From: a virus | Length of the DNA stretch: 64,000 nt | Reading direction: 5' to 3' (one strand) | IMG/VR virus record: IMGVR_UViG_3300045988_083295 | Coordinates: 1 to 64,000 of that record | Shown: positions 18,803 to 28,723 of the stretch, in pieces | How positions within the stretch are numbered: position 1 is the stretch's first letter | How the letters are laid out: the number at the start of each line of letters is the position of its first letter | The notes under the pieces: model-generated | Told to the model about the DNA's origin: nothing | The model's database searches: none | The model's input: the letters and a program-made list of their open reading frames with translations, nothing else | Program-made: the position numbers and the translations under genes

Positions 18803-20923
18803 ATGAGCGAAGATGATATCATAAGAATCAACGAAGAACGTAACGCTCGCCTATTCGCCCCATTCAACCCGGTAACGGGAGAGGGCAGTATAGGCGAGCG
18901 TGTTCGTATAGAGATAACTGACTTCCCGATTCGAGTGCAGTATATCCCCAAGCAGATGATGAGCAACAGCTATGTGCGTAGGCTTGTCAAGGCAGGAAGT
19001 GTCGTTGAATTCTGCAAGAGATATCTGCATGACGAGGACGGAGGCAAGATAACACGACCCGACCCTTGTCAGATTGAATGCGTCATCAAGCAGATGACAC
19101 GCATACGATGCCGATTTGACTTTCCGTTCTGGGCGGTTGTTTACGTGATGATCAAGGTGAAGGGCGGTGGTGCAGACATACACTTTTCGCTGAATTACCC
19201 ACAGCGCAAACTCATATCCACATTCGAGGCGATGCGCGTTGCAGGAATGCCCATCCGACTTATCCTGCTCAAGGCTCGTCAGTGGGGTGGCTCTACCGCT
19301 ACACAGATATATATGTCTTGGTTGCAGCTTGTTCACCAAGTCGGCCTTAACTCTCTCATTGTCGGACATGTGAAGGATGCCTCCTATGAGGTAAAGGATA
19401 TGTTCGACCGCATGATCAACAGTTATCCAGCAGAGATGCTGCATGAACTCAACGAACAATATGATCCCGCAGAACGCAAGATTGAAGGTGTTGGCAACAG
19501 TGGCAATATCACCAGAATCATCGCACGCAATTGTAAGATCAAGATTGGCTCATATGAGAAACCTGAATCAGCACGTGGCGGTGATTACAACTTGGTTCAT
19601 TGCACGGAGGTCGGTCTGTGGGAGTCAACTGACAAGAAGACTGCCGCCAAGGTCGTTCGTTCGGCATGCGGCGGTATGGCCTACAAGCCATACACGATGA
19701 TTGTGTATGAGAGTACGGCTAACGGAACTGGCAACTTCTTCGAGAAGGAATACCATGATGCCAAGAAGAATGACTCCCAATACAAAGCTTTGTTTATTGC
19801 GTGGTTCGAGATTGAACTATATAGGCTTGAGGTTAAAAACAAACGTGCCTTTGCCGCAAGCCTTCTGAAGAACAAGAATAACGCCTACTCTCCCAGTGAC
19901 CGAAGCGAGCCGGGAAGGTATCTGTGGTATCTGTGGGAATGCGGTGCTACACTTGAGGCCATCGCATGGTATATAGAGGAGCGCAAAAAATACTACGACC
20001 ATGGGGATATGGCTTCGGAGTATCCTACTGATGACGATGAAGCATTCACCTATTCAGGCTGCAAGGTCTTCGACAAGATTCTTGTGGAGCAGCTTAGGGG
20101 AGGATGCCGTCCTCCGCGTTATGTCGGGGATGTGTATGGCAATTCGGATGGAGGCAAGAAAGCCTTGCTTGGTCTTCGATTCAAGGAAGATTCAACGGGC
20201 TTGCTATGCGTATGGGAGAAGCCAGAGATATTCACGGACATTCGTATTACCGACAGATATCTGGTTGTGGTTGATATCGGTGGCCGACATGCCAAGGCCG
20301 ACTGGTCTGTCATTGTCGTCATTGACCGACTGCCCTTGATGGATGGTGGCCATCCCGAAGTCGTTGCACAATGGTATGGCCACATTGACATGGACTTGCT
20401 TGCATGGAAGGCGATGCAGATATCGTCATGGTATGATGATGCATTGCTTGTCATCGAATCGAATACGCTTGAAACGAAAGACAAGGAACGAATCGTGGAA
20501 GGGGACCAAAGTGAATTCATCCTGAATCAAGTCAAGTCCGTCTACCCGAATCTGTATGCACGCCAACAGAGCGAAGCGGACATACGTGAAGGTGCTCCAG
20601 TCAAGTATGGCTTCCATACCAATGTGTCAACAAAGCCGATGATCATCAGTCATCTTATCAAGATGGTGCGCGAGAAGGGATGGGTTGAACGCGACGAGCA
20701 ATGTCTTGACGAGTTGCTTACCTACGAGTTGAAACCGAATGGGGCATATGGTGCCATAGCTGGCAAGCACGATGACTTGCTGATGACTCGCGCTATCGGG
20801 CTATGGATAGCGTACAACATTAATGTGATGCCATTACCTCGTCAGGTTACTCTTCATCCCAATAACGATGGACTTAAAGGTGTCGCAAGCCATGTGAAGA
20901 ATGTGACGGAGGCCGTCATGTAG
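18803..20923 (+). CDS. terL: Terminase large subunit.
   Basis: ATPase motifs ARQWGGST (deviant Walker A) and VYESTANG. Nuclease motifs VVVDIGG and GKHDDLLMTRAI. 706 aa. Confidence 0.85.
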   Translation: MSEDDIIRINEERNARLFAPFNPVTGEGSIGERVRIEITDFPIRVQYIPKQMMSNSYVRRLVKAGSVVEFCKRYLHDEDGGKITRPDPCQIECVIKQMTRIRCRFDFPFWAVVYVMIKVKGGGADIHFSLNYPQRKLISTFEAMRVAGMPIRLILLKARQWGGSTATQIYMSWLQLVHQVGLNSLIVGHVKDASYEVKDMFDRMINSYPAEMLHELNEQYDPAERKIEGVGNSGNITRIIARNCKIKIGSYEKPESARGGDYNLVHCTEVGLWESTDKKTAAKVVRSACGGMAYKPYTMIVYESTANGTGNFFEKEYHDAKKNDSQYKALFIAWFEIELYRLEVKNKRAFAASLLKNKNNAYSPSDRSEPGRYLWYLWECGATLEAIAWYIEERKKYYDHGDMASEYPTDDDEAFTYSGCKVFDKILVEQLRGGCRPPRYVGDVYGNSDGGKKALLGLRFKEDSTGLLCVWEKPEIFTDIRITDRYLVVVDIGGRHAKADWSVIVVIDRLPLMDGGHPEVVAQWYGHIDMDLLAWKAMQISSWYDDALLVIESNTLETKDKERIVEGDQSEFILNQVKSVYPNLYARQQSEADIREGAPVKYGFHTNVSTKPMIISHLIKMVREKGWVERDEQCLDELLTYELKPNGAYGAIAGKHDDLLMTRAIGLWIAYNINVMPLPRQVTLHPNNDGLKGVASHVKNVTEAVM

Positions 20924-21311
20924 TGCGTCTTACACGGTTGATGATGGACTTGGCTTGCGATGCAGACAGATAGAATCGTGGTGCAGGAGAATTGACCACG
21001 ATGGATACAAGCAGTTGTAGCGGTGCTTCGGGGTGGGAGATTCGCAATTCCTTGACACGAGCGAAGATCTCATCGTACATATCACGTTTCTCCCCGGTCG
21101 TGCAGATGTAACGCCCAGCCATCATTGTACGTATGACTGTTATGGCACGCTCCTCAGACACCCAGAACCGTGAGCACGGCATGGATACGACTTCAGAAAA
21201 TACCTGATTCATGATGATATGTTTAGTTGTGGCCATCACAACGCGAAACGCATGCAGCAACTCTCTCTCTCGCTCAGCTGCATAGGGAAAAATAGAACCT
21301 ATGTGTTTCAT
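20916..21311 (-). CDS. Hypothetical 131-aa protein, oppositely oriented within the late region.
   Basis: Clean ORF with its own minus-strand TACCTTTG box at 21337-21344. Convergent 8-nt overlap with the terL stop. Confidence 0.6.
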   Translation of the reverse strand: MKHIGSIFPYAAERERELLHAFRVVMATTKHIIMNQVFSEVVSMPCSRFWVSEERAITVIRTMMAGRYICTTGEKRDMYDEIFARVKELRISHPEAPLQLLVSIVVNSPAPRFYLSASQAKSIINRVRRTT

Positions 21312-21336
21312 GTGTAAGGGGAATATGATGTGGTTG

Positions 21337-21344
21337 CAAAGGTA
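21337..21344 (-). promoter_or_regulatory. Bacteroidota -7 promoter box (TACCTTTG on the minus strand).
   Basis: Matches TAnnTTTG, about 26 nt upstream of the 21311 start codon. Confidence 0.5.
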
Positions 21345-21363
21345 ATCAATATATACTACTCAA

Positions 21364-21378
21364 GAGGACGGAAATACG
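21364..21378 (+). promoter_or_regulatory. 15-mer GAGGACGGAAATACG, copy 2.
   Basis: Exact repeat of 16421-16435. Lies 23 nt upstream of the TATCTTTG box at 21402. Confidence 0.4.
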
Positions 21379-21401
21379 ATTTTTATTCGGAAGCATGCCT
21401 T

Positions 21402-21409
21402 TATCTTTG
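21402..21409 (+). promoter_or_regulatory. Bacteroidota -7 promoter box TATCTTTG.
   Basis: TAnnTTTG match 23 nt upstream of ATG 21432. Confidence 0.5.
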
Positions 21410-21431
21410 CGTAAAATAATGTGACATATAT

Positions 21432-22265
21432 ATGGACGAAAAGGACAAGAAAACGGAAGAGGCCGAGCATAAAGCCGAACAGCTTACGCCTGAGTTGCCT
21501 CCTGCCAAGGATACGGAAGGAGGGGAAGCACCTGCCGGTGCGCCTATGCCCTCCAAGCGTGATGCCTTGCGTGATAGGTTGAGGAAGAAATATCCCGACA
21601 AGAACTTTGACGATGACGAAGTGCTCGCAGGACAGATTAGCGATGACTACGATGCCACCGAGAAGGAACTTGGCGAATACCGCGAACATGAACGTCAGCT
21701 TGGAGATATGCTCGATGCAGACCCTCGCAGTGCTGTCGTTCTTCAGGATCTGAAGAACGGCAAGAATATAGTCACCTCACTTGTGAATAAGTTCGGTATG
21801 GACTTCCTCGAATACATGGATGATCCTGAACACCAAGAGGAACTTGCCCAAGCACAGAAGGAATATCTCGAACGTGTGGCCAACGAGAAGAAACTCGAAG
21901 ATGAATACCAGAAGAATCTTGAATCTTCGCTGAATGCCATTGACAAGGCTCAGGAAGAGAACGGTTGGGATGACGATTTCGTCAACAACGGTTTCAAGAA
22001 GGTGTTCGACATTGTCAACGATGCCATCAATGGCAAGATCTCACCCGAAACCATCCGACTCCTCAACGATGGTGACAGTCATGACGATGACGTGGCCAAG
22101 GCTGGCGAAGAGGGAGAGGTTCGTGGCCGCAACGCCAAAATCACCAATGCGCTCCGCAAGGGCAAAAAGGGCGATGGTACGCCCCACCTTGGCGGTGGCG
22201 CAGGTTCCAAGCCTCGCAAGGAAGGTGGCAGTTCCATCTTCGATATTGCGGCTGGAGCACGATAA
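21432..22265 (+). CDS. Scaffold-like acidic head-assembly protein.
   Basis: Highly charged, helical, 277 aa, immediately upstream of the capsid candidate. Confidence 0.45.
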   Translation: MDEKDKKTEEAEHKAEQLTPELPPAKDTEGGEAPAGAPMPSKRDALRDRLRKKYPDKNFDDDEVLAGQISDDYDATEKELGEYREHERQLGDMLDADPRSAVVLQDLKNGKNIVTSLVNKFGMDFLEYMDDPEHQEELAQAQKEYLERVANEKKLEDEYQKNLESSLNAIDKAQEENGWDDDFVNNGFKKVFDIVNDAINGKISPETIRLLNDGDSHDDDVAKAGEEGEVRGRNAKITNALRKGKKGDGTPHLGGGAGSKPRKEGGSSIFDIAAGAR

Positions 22266-22304
22266 GAATATTATTAATCCAAATAAACAAGACATAAAAG
22301 AATT

Positions 22305-23828
22305 ATGGGAGAAGAAGTTAAAACTGTGGCAGACCCCACTATTGTCCCTTCCGAGGGTTCGGCTGGCGTGAAGAGCCAGATTAACGGTCAGGCCGTAACC
22401 GTCAGTGCAGGTGCAGAGGCCACTGGCGGCATTAACGCTGGTAACCTTTTTGATTCCGCTCTTGACAAAGACCTGTTCATGTTCAAGAGCGATGATACGC
22501 CTCTTATGCAGCTCATGCTCACGGCCAAGGCCGTTCAGGTGGACTCACCCGTAGTCCAGCACTACATGATTGACGAGCCGAAACATACCATCACTCAGCT
22601 TACCGAGATTGAAGCCAACACGGGTGCAGACACCTTCGAACTCAATCTCAGTGCTGCTGACAAACGTATCCCGGCTGCATATGGCACTATCCTCGTCAAG
22701 GGTGTTGATGGCTATGCCGCAGACGGCAAGACCAAGATGCCCGGTCAGGCTCTCATGCTGTTCGTGGTGAGCAACAACGACAACAAGCCCACGGTGATGG
22801 CTGTCAACGGTCCCAAGACGGATGCTTCCGATGAATTCTGTACCGTTCCCCAGATACCTGCCGGTACGGAGATGGTTGTGCTCTCAAACGCATGTTACGA
22901 GACCCAGAAGCATGTTGACCCCGACATGGTTGTTCCGCAGCCTCAGACGCTCTATCTTCAGAAGCGCGTGATGAATCAGATCATCTCTGATTACTTCGAC
23001 CATCAGAAGAAGCGTATCCCGTTCAACAACGCCATCATCGCAGAACAGATGCTCACGAACTTCAAGACTCGCAACAACCGCACACTGTGGGCTGGCCAGC
23101 AGGGCAAGTTCACCGTGATGGGCAAGAACGGTACTGGTCAGCAGACCGTCTACTGCACCAAGGGTGTACGCTGGCAGTTCAAGCGCGAGTTGCAGCATGA
23201 GGGTAAGTGGACTGTCGAGAAGCTCATTGCCCTTGCCAAGATGTTCTACACGGGCGAAGACGTACCTGCAACTGGTATCATCCTCGCTGGTAAGAACTTC
23301 CTGGAGAATATCCAGTGTATCGACTACAGCAAGCACCCCGAGATCCAGATTACCACCAAGGTCAACCCCATAGGCTGGGAGGTGACGAACTTCCACACCG
23401 TATTCGGTGACTTGCAGATCAAGCGTGAACCGACTCTTGACAGACTCGGCTGGAGCAATTCCGCTGCCGTTCTTGGTATGGGTCGCTTGGTACACTACAA
23501 GTATACCAATGAGCATGAATTCAACGAGAACGTTGAAGGTGAAGAAGCCAAGCGCAAGGGCTTGATCCTTTGGGACGGCCTTGCCCTGAAGGGTGCATGC
23601 CATATCTGGATTGACGGTGAGGGTGACAGCACAACCGGTGATGGTGTCAGCGCAATGACCATGAAGATGTGGGATAGCGAGGAAGCCCCTGCCAAGGACA
23701 AGATGGTGTACTACCTGATGAAGGACTGCCCCGGTATCGGAGCCAACGCCAAGAGCGGAACGATGTGGCAGTGGAACGGCACAAGCTGGGCACCCTACAA
23801 CGGTGAGGTGATGAGCAAAAGTGCATAA
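22305..23828 (+). CDS. Major capsid protein candidate.
   Basis: 507 aa, positioned between the scaffold-like gene and the portal, and followed by a strong hairpin. The call rests on synteny and size. Confidence 0.55.
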   Translation: MGEEVKTVADPTIVPSEGSAGVKSQINGQAVTVSAGAEATGGINAGNLFDSALDKDLFMFKSDDTPLMQLMLTAKAVQVDSPVVQHYMIDEPKHTITQLTEIEANTGADTFELNLSAADKRIPAAYGTILVKGVDGYAADGKTKMPGQALMLFVVSNNDNKPTVMAVNGPKTDASDEFCTVPQIPAGTEMVVLSNACYETQKHVDPDMVVPQPQTLYLQKRVMNQIISDYFDHQKKRIPFNNAIIAEQMLTNFKTRNNRTLWAGQQGKFTVMGKNGTGQQTVYCTKGVRWQFKRELQHEGKWTVEKLIALAKMFYTGEDVPATGIILAGKNFLENIQCIDYSKHPEIQITTKVNPIGWEVTNFHTVFGDLQIKREPTLDRLGWSNSAAVLGMGRLVHYKYTNEHEFNENVEGEEAKRKGLILWDGLALKGACHIWIDGEGDSTTGDGVSAMTMKMWDSEEAPAKDKMVYYLMKDCPGIGANAKSGTMWQWNGTSWAPYNGEVMSKSA

Positions 23829-23839
23829 TGAATAACTCT

Positions 23840-23871
23840 AGCGGAGGCGATGTTCGGATTTCGCCTCCGCT
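23840..23871 (+). terminator. Strong 11-bp hairpin after the capsid gene (no T-run).
   Basis: AGCGGAGGCGA ... TCGCCTCCGCT. Confidence 0.45.
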
Positions 23872-23897
23872 AATATAACTCCATAAACATACGCATA

Positions 23898-24386
23898 ATG
23901 GCTAAAATTAAAGTGTATGGCGTGATGGGTCTCATCGAATGGAAGCCAGTCATCCACATTGGCCAAGCCACGTTCTGTCCTCTTTTTACGGGAGGCTCAG
24001 TCAGTGGATTCGGTATTACCCCAGCAACATACAAGACATCAAACCCCGCAGAGCAGCATATCATCGAACACAGTTCGCACTTCAAGAGCGGACGAATCAC
24101 TCTTCGTTACACGCTTGACGCACCGACCCAGCAGGAGGAGGATGCGGAAGAGGTCGAAAATGACAGTGCAGCTCACCAAGACAAGGAATCAGTGGAACTG
24201 CCCCCTAACCGCACCAAGAAGACAGAAGACCCTTCCATCAGCGAAGAGATGGAATTCGGCTCATTGAGTGACGCGCGTGCATGGCTGTTTGACACTTATG
24301 GCATCGACAAGAGCAGCGTGATCACCAAGGCCGCAGTTGCGAAGGCTGCTCGCGCGAAGGGCGTTAAGGTTACGTTTACTGATTAA
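23898..24386 (+). CDS. Hypothetical head-associated protein with an acidic linker.
   Basis: 162-aa ORF between the capsid candidate and the portal. Confidence 0.55.
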   Translation: MAKIKVYGVMGLIEWKPVIHIGQATFCPLFTGGSVSGFGITPATYKTSNPAEQHIIEHSSHFKSGRITLRYTLDAPTQQEEDAEEVENDSAAHQDKESVELPPNRTKKTEDPSISEEMEFGSLSDARAWLFDTYGIDKSSVITKAAVAKAARAKGVKVTFTD

Positions 24387-24397
24387 GCGATACAAAC

Positions 24398-26410
24398 ATG
24401 GCGAACGCAAAGAAACTTCATTCCCTTAAGAACGTTCGAGTTGAAGACTCAATGGAAGAGAACGACATTGACAGCGTGGCCTACGCCAAGGCCCGAAGAC
24501 CTGCCCGTGCCTATGACATCCTTCTCGAAGCGAAGACTTACTGGGACAACATGGACTTCTACCGAAAGGAGCGTGAACGTTGTAAGAACTACAACTTCGG
24601 CAAGCAATGGGATGATATGATTGAGGTTGATGGCGTGCGCATGTCTGAAGAGAAGTACATTCACAGTATGGGCAATGTAGCCCTCAAGAACAACCTCATC
24701 AGACGCTTGGTTCGTAACGTGATCGGTGTCTATCGCTCGCAGGACAAGGAACCTACATGCATGGCACGTGACCGTGCCGAACAGAAGGAGGCCGAAACGC
24801 TCAGCACCATCCTGCAATACAACATGCAGACCAACCGCATGAGTGAGATGTATGCTCGCACCATGGAGGAATTCCTCATCGGTGCTTTCATTGTCCACAA
24901 GAAGTGGTGGGGATGGAAGGATAGCCGTCAGGACTGTTGGACGGACAATGTCAATCCGAGAAGGTTCTTCATTGACACCAATGCCCGCGACATGAGAGGA
25001 TGGGACGTGACGTGTGTTGGTGAGATTCACGATGTGACGTTTGGTGAACTTGCGTCCAATTTCGCCACTAATCCGCAGGATTATGAGCGACTGTCGCAGA
25101 TATACCATGCGGCTCATCAGATGAAGCCCAATGGCGTGATGTTCCGTAATACGTTCGGTATGCCTGACACGAAGAGTTTCGATTTCCTCTTCAGTGAGGA
25201 TGAATCGCTGTGCAGGGTCATCGAAGTGTGGCGCAAGGAAACCAAGCCCCGTTACCGCTGTCACGACTGGAACACCGGCCAGATGTTCCGAATTGACGTG
25301 GAGGATTACGCGGAAGTCGTGGAGGCGGAGAACAAGCGTAGGCTTGAGATGGGGCAGAGCGTCGGCATGGATGCTGATGACATTCCTCTCATTGAGGCGG
25401 AGTGGTACGTTGACAACTACTGGTACTTCTACTATCTCAGCCCATTCGGCGATGTGCTTGGTGAAGGAGAGACACCTTACGCCCATGGCAGTCACCCTTA
25501 CGTGTTCAAGGCTTATCCATTCATTGATGGCGAGATACATTCCTTCGTCTCTGATGTGATAGACCAACAGCGTTACACCAACCGACTCATCACCCTTTAC
25601 GACTGGGTGATACGTGCAAGTGCCAAGGGTGTGCTTCTTGTGCCTGATGACTGTATCCCCGATGACGTTAGCCCAGAACAGTTTGCGGATTCGTGGACAC
25701 GTGTGAATGGTGTCGTGTTGTATAAGGCCAAGCCGGGCGTTCCTGCTCCTACTCAGGTTGCCCAGAATTCAACCAATGTCGGTATTGGTGACCTGCTCAA
25801 TGTGCAGCTGAAGTTCTTCGAGGATATCAGTGGCGTGCATGGCGCGCTCCAAGGACGCAAGGGCGTAAGCGGTGAGAGTGGTGCTCTCTACGCCCAACAG
25901 ACGCAGAACGCAACGACCTCATTGCTAGACATTCTTGATTCGTTCTCTCAGTTCGAGATTGATGCTGCTTATAAGGATATCAAGAATATCCAGCAGTTCT
26001 ACGATGCCAAGCGTGTTACCAATATCGCTGGAGACGATTCCAGGACGTTCAGTGCGGACCCTGAGAAGGTTCTACAGATTGAATGCGACATCAGCATTAC
26101 GGAAAGTTCTACTTCACCAGCTTATAGGGACAATGCCAATCAGATGCTTCTCCAGTTCTGGCAGGCCAATCAGATTACGCTCAAGCAATTGCTTGAGGTA
26201 GGCAAATTCCCCTTCGCAGACGAGTTGCTTCAGAATATTGAAAGTCAGGAGCAACAGATGGCCAATGGTGAGCAGGTGCAAGGTATTGACCCGTCTGTGA
26301 TGCAGCAAGCAGCCCAAGAGGGCAATCCGAGCACAGCAGACAGAATCTACGACCTTATCAGAAGCGGTGATAGCGGCAATGTTCAACAACCTAATCAGAT
26401 GGCACAATGA
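24398..26410 (+). CDS. Portal protein.
   Basis: 670 aa. The N-terminal motif YNFGKQWDD and overall layout are typical of podovirus-type portals. Sits among head genes. Confidence 0.7.
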   Translation: MANAKKLHSLKNVRVEDSMEENDIDSVAYAKARRPARAYDILLEAKTYWDNMDFYRKERERCKNYNFGKQWDDMIEVDGVRMSEEKYIHSMGNVALKNNLIRRLVRNVIGVYRSQDKEPTCMARDRAEQKEAETLSTILQYNMQTNRMSEMYARTMEEFLIGAFIVHKKWWGWKDSRQDCWTDNVNPRRFFIDTNARDMRGWDVTCVGEIHDVTFGELASNFATNPQDYERLSQIYHAAHQMKPNGVMFRNTFGMPDTKSFDFLFSEDESLCRVIEVWRKETKPRYRCHDWNTGQMFRIDVEDYAEVVEAENKRRLEMGQSVGMDADDIPLIEAEWYVDNYWYFYYLSPFGDVLGEGETPYAHGSHPYVFKAYPFIDGEIHSFVSDVIDQQRYTNRLITLYDWVIRASAKGVLLVPDDCIPDDVSPEQFADSWTRVNGVVLYKAKPGVPAPTQVAQNSTNVGIGDLLNVQLKFFEDISGVHGALQGRKGVSGESGALYAQQTQNATTSLLDILDSFSQFEIDAAYKDIKNIQQFYDAKRVTNIAGDDSRTFSADPEKVLQIECDISITESSTSPAYRDNANQMLLQFWQANQITLKQLLEVGKFPFADELLQNIESQEQQMANGEQVQGIDPSVMQQAAQEGNPSTADRIYDLIRSGDSGNVQQPNQMAQ

Positions 26411-27102
26411 AGGCTTACAATATAATGGATATCAAGCGGAGGGTTCGCTCCATCATTGACCAGAATATGGAAGATGGTCAGCTGAGTGCCAATATGGATG
26501 TTGACACACTTGAACTTGACGATGTGATTCAGGAGAACATTGTTCCCGGTATACGCATGGTTGAGATTGGAGCTGCATTCATGCTGCTTGGCAATGGCAA
26601 GGATTTCAGTGAGGGGTTGGTTGGCAAGCCTGATCCTAAAGTTGATGACTGCATGGTGTTCAAAATGCCGAAGGATTATCTGAGGCTGGTCTACTTCTGT
26701 ATGTCTTCATGGATGGTTGGCGTGAGCCGAACCATCAGTGTGCAAGACCCACGTTACGCCATGCAGAGAGGAACGGTCGGAATGGCCAGAGGTTGTGCAG
26801 AACGACCTGTCGTTGCTGAGGCATACAGCAAGGAAGGACTTACTCTTGAGGCGTATGGCTGCAACAGTGATGACACTGTGCTCGTTGCGCAGTATATTCC
26901 TGAGCCAGCTATCAATGAGTCTGACCAAGTTGAATTTCCCCACCGACTGGAAGAGGCTTCGCTCTATGCCATTGCAGCTCTTACTTGCACCTCATTCGGC
27001 GATGTTGGCCGTGCGCAGATATTCATGACTACAGCTCGCCAATTAGGCAGTATTCATATTGACAGTTCAGAAGTGGAACAGAATAATACGAGCGATCAAT
27101 GA
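26407..27102 (+). CDS. Hypothetical virion protein (possible head-tail adaptor by position).
   Basis: ATGA overlap with the portal stop. 231 aa. Confidence 0.5.
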   Translation: MKAYNIMDIKRRVRSIIDQNMEDGQLSANMDVDTLELDDVIQENIVPGIRMVEIGAAFMLLGNGKDFSEGLVGKPDPKVDDCMVFKMPKDYLRLVYFCMSSWMVGVSRTISVQDPRYAMQRGTVGMARGCAERPVVAEAYSKEGLTLEAYGCNSDDTVLVAQYIPEPAINESDQVEFPHRLEEASLYAIAALTCTSFGDVGRAQIFMTTARQLGSIHIDSSEVEQNNTSDQ

Positions 27103-27839
27103 AGAAAGAATGGAAAGACATAGAAGGCTACAGGGTACGCATTGACGTAGGCAGTAGTCTTTCAGAAGCCATGTCGAGTAGCATGGAGGCGGCTGTCATC
27201 TGTTTCACCACGGATGGACATATCGTGCTCAATGGTATCTCTTACATTGTCAGTACGACTGAGTTTGAATCTCTGAAGACTGACGTTGAATCATGGGGAC
27301 AGATTATCAGCGACAATCAGCAGTCCATCCGCACACTTAGGGATGATGTTGATACGCTGAAGACCCAGATGGAGGATGCTATCAACTGCATTGGCGAATT
27401 GCAGGAAAACGACAAGAAGCACGACAAGCGACTTGATGAGTTGGATGGCATTGCGGATGACCTCAGTCAGCGTGTGGTTGATCTTGAGACGTTCAGGGAA
27501 ACTGCAACTAACGATATTGACTTCCTCAAGAGACAAGACACAGCTCACTCGACCATTGAGAATGCGCATGCCGCGAGGATTGAATCCCTTGAGACTTCCT
27601 ATCAATCTATCCCATCAATCTACGCCACTAAGGAAAATCTATCCACAGTGGGCAAGATGGCGAACGAGGCACAGAAGAGTAGCCAGACCAACTCGAAATT
27701 TATCTTCGATCACGAGGAGAGAATTTCAGCTTTGGAGAAGGGTGGTGGTGGAGGCTCTTCTGATTCTGCCCTTAAAGCTCGCGTAGCGGAACTTGAGGCT
27801 CAGATGGATGCAATCAAGAAACTTCTCACGATGGTATAA
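27099..27839 (+). CDS. Coiled-coil fibre-like protein.
   Basis: Long heptad-like helical region. The N-terminus RIDVGSS...TDGHIVLNG is shared with ORF 31864. Confidence 0.55.
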   Translation: MKKEWKDIEGYRVRIDVGSSLSEAMSSSMEAAVICFTTDGHIVLNGISYIVSTTEFESLKTDVESWGQIISDNQQSIRTLRDDVDTLKTQMEDAINCIGELQENDKKHDKRLDELDGIADDLSQRVVDLETFRETATNDIDFLKRQDTAHSTIENAHAARIESLETSYQSIPSIYATKENLSTVGKMANEAQKSSQTNSKFIFDHEERISALEKGGGGGSSDSALKARVAELEAQMDAIKKLLTMV

Positions 27840-27856
27840 TGACTATCTAAAATAAG

Positions 27857-27870
27857 AATGTAGCTACATT
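27857..27870 (+). other. Perfect 14-bp palindrome AATGTAGCTACATT.
   Basis: Lies in the 62-nt gap before ORF 27902 and is followed by TTTTAC. Could be a weak terminator or a binding site. Confidence 0.3.
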
Positions 27871-27901
27871 TTACAAATAACAAACAAAAACAATTAATCA
27901 A

Positions 27902-28708
27902 ATGGCAAATCTTAAAGACATTGCTGCGGGAACTATGATTGGCTTCAGTGCCAATAAGACCGAAGCTCAGGCCAAAGCAGATACTTCTACTAATCGTGTG
28001 GATATCTGTAAGACTAAGCAGCTCTACCTCAACGGTGAGAGAGTCGGCCTTAGTGACGCGGAAGCTGGATACCTCACCAAGAAGGTTCAGGAAGAGTATA
28101 ACGCACGCATGAGTGTGAGCGTATCTCTCAGTAATAATGTGCTTGAGAAGGGTGCGCAGAACACCGTTCTGATTAATGTCCACGTGAAGTGGGACGGTGC
28201 CTTTGTTGACCCCGGCAAGAGCAATATCACCTGCAAGATTGGCGGAACGGTCATTGAACTCACTAAGAGTGGCAGCGCCTACACTGGCTCAACCACGCAA
28301 ACCACTTCTTTCTCAGTCAGCGTTACTGCCACCTATAATGGTATCACCAAGACGGCATCTGCATCTGCTTCTGCATACTACAAGTTCTACGTTGGTCAGT
28401 CCACGGCAAGCAGCATCACATCTCTTCCTTCAAGCGGATTCACGGCTAAGGGTCCTCAGGCAAGTGCGGCTGGTACTTATCCGTTCACGTTCACAGCCGG
28501 TCAGTATGCATACTTTCTTCTTCCTGAAGGTGTGGCAAGAGGTAAGTTTACTTCAGCTGGTGCTGACGGCCTCTATCACGCTGTGGAAGGTGTATCGGAC
28601 GTTCCGTTCATCAAACAGTCAACTGCGGCCTCAATCGGTGGTGTGTCCTATGATGTGTTCCGTCTCGCCAACGCGCAGGCTGCATCGTCTCATTCAATCA
28701 CCATCTAA
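27902..28708 (+). CDS. Beta-rich virion protein (fibre or receptor-binding candidate).
   Basis: S/T/G/A-rich beta-type composition. Located in the fibre cluster. Confidence 0.5.
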   Translation: MANLKDIAAGTMIGFSANKTEAQAKADTSTNRVDICKTKQLYLNGERVGLSDAEAGYLTKKVQEEYNARMSVSVSLSNNVLEKGAQNTVLINVHVKWDGAFVDPGKSNITCKIGGTVIELTKSGSAYTGSTTQTTSFSVSVTATYNGITKTASASASAYYKFYVGQSTASSITSLPSSGFTAKGPQASAAGTYPFTFTAGQYAYFLLPEGVARGKFTSAGADGLYHAVEGVSDVPFIKQSTAASIGGVSYDVFRLANAQAASSHSITI

Positions 28709-28723
28709 AAAGCGTAGTAGACA

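Noticed and set aside
18803-20923. Possible inactive terminase, because the Walker A reads ARQWGGST without the usual Lys.
   Set aside because: The other ATPase and nuclease motifs are intact, and deviant P-loops are common in terminase families. Reading by eye cannot support a loss-of-function claim.
24449-25567. A 372-aa minus-strand ORF antisense to the portal gene.
   Set aside because: It is fully embedded in a well-supported portal ORF. Its composition (H/V/L/R-rich) is typical of antisense frames, and there is no independent start context.
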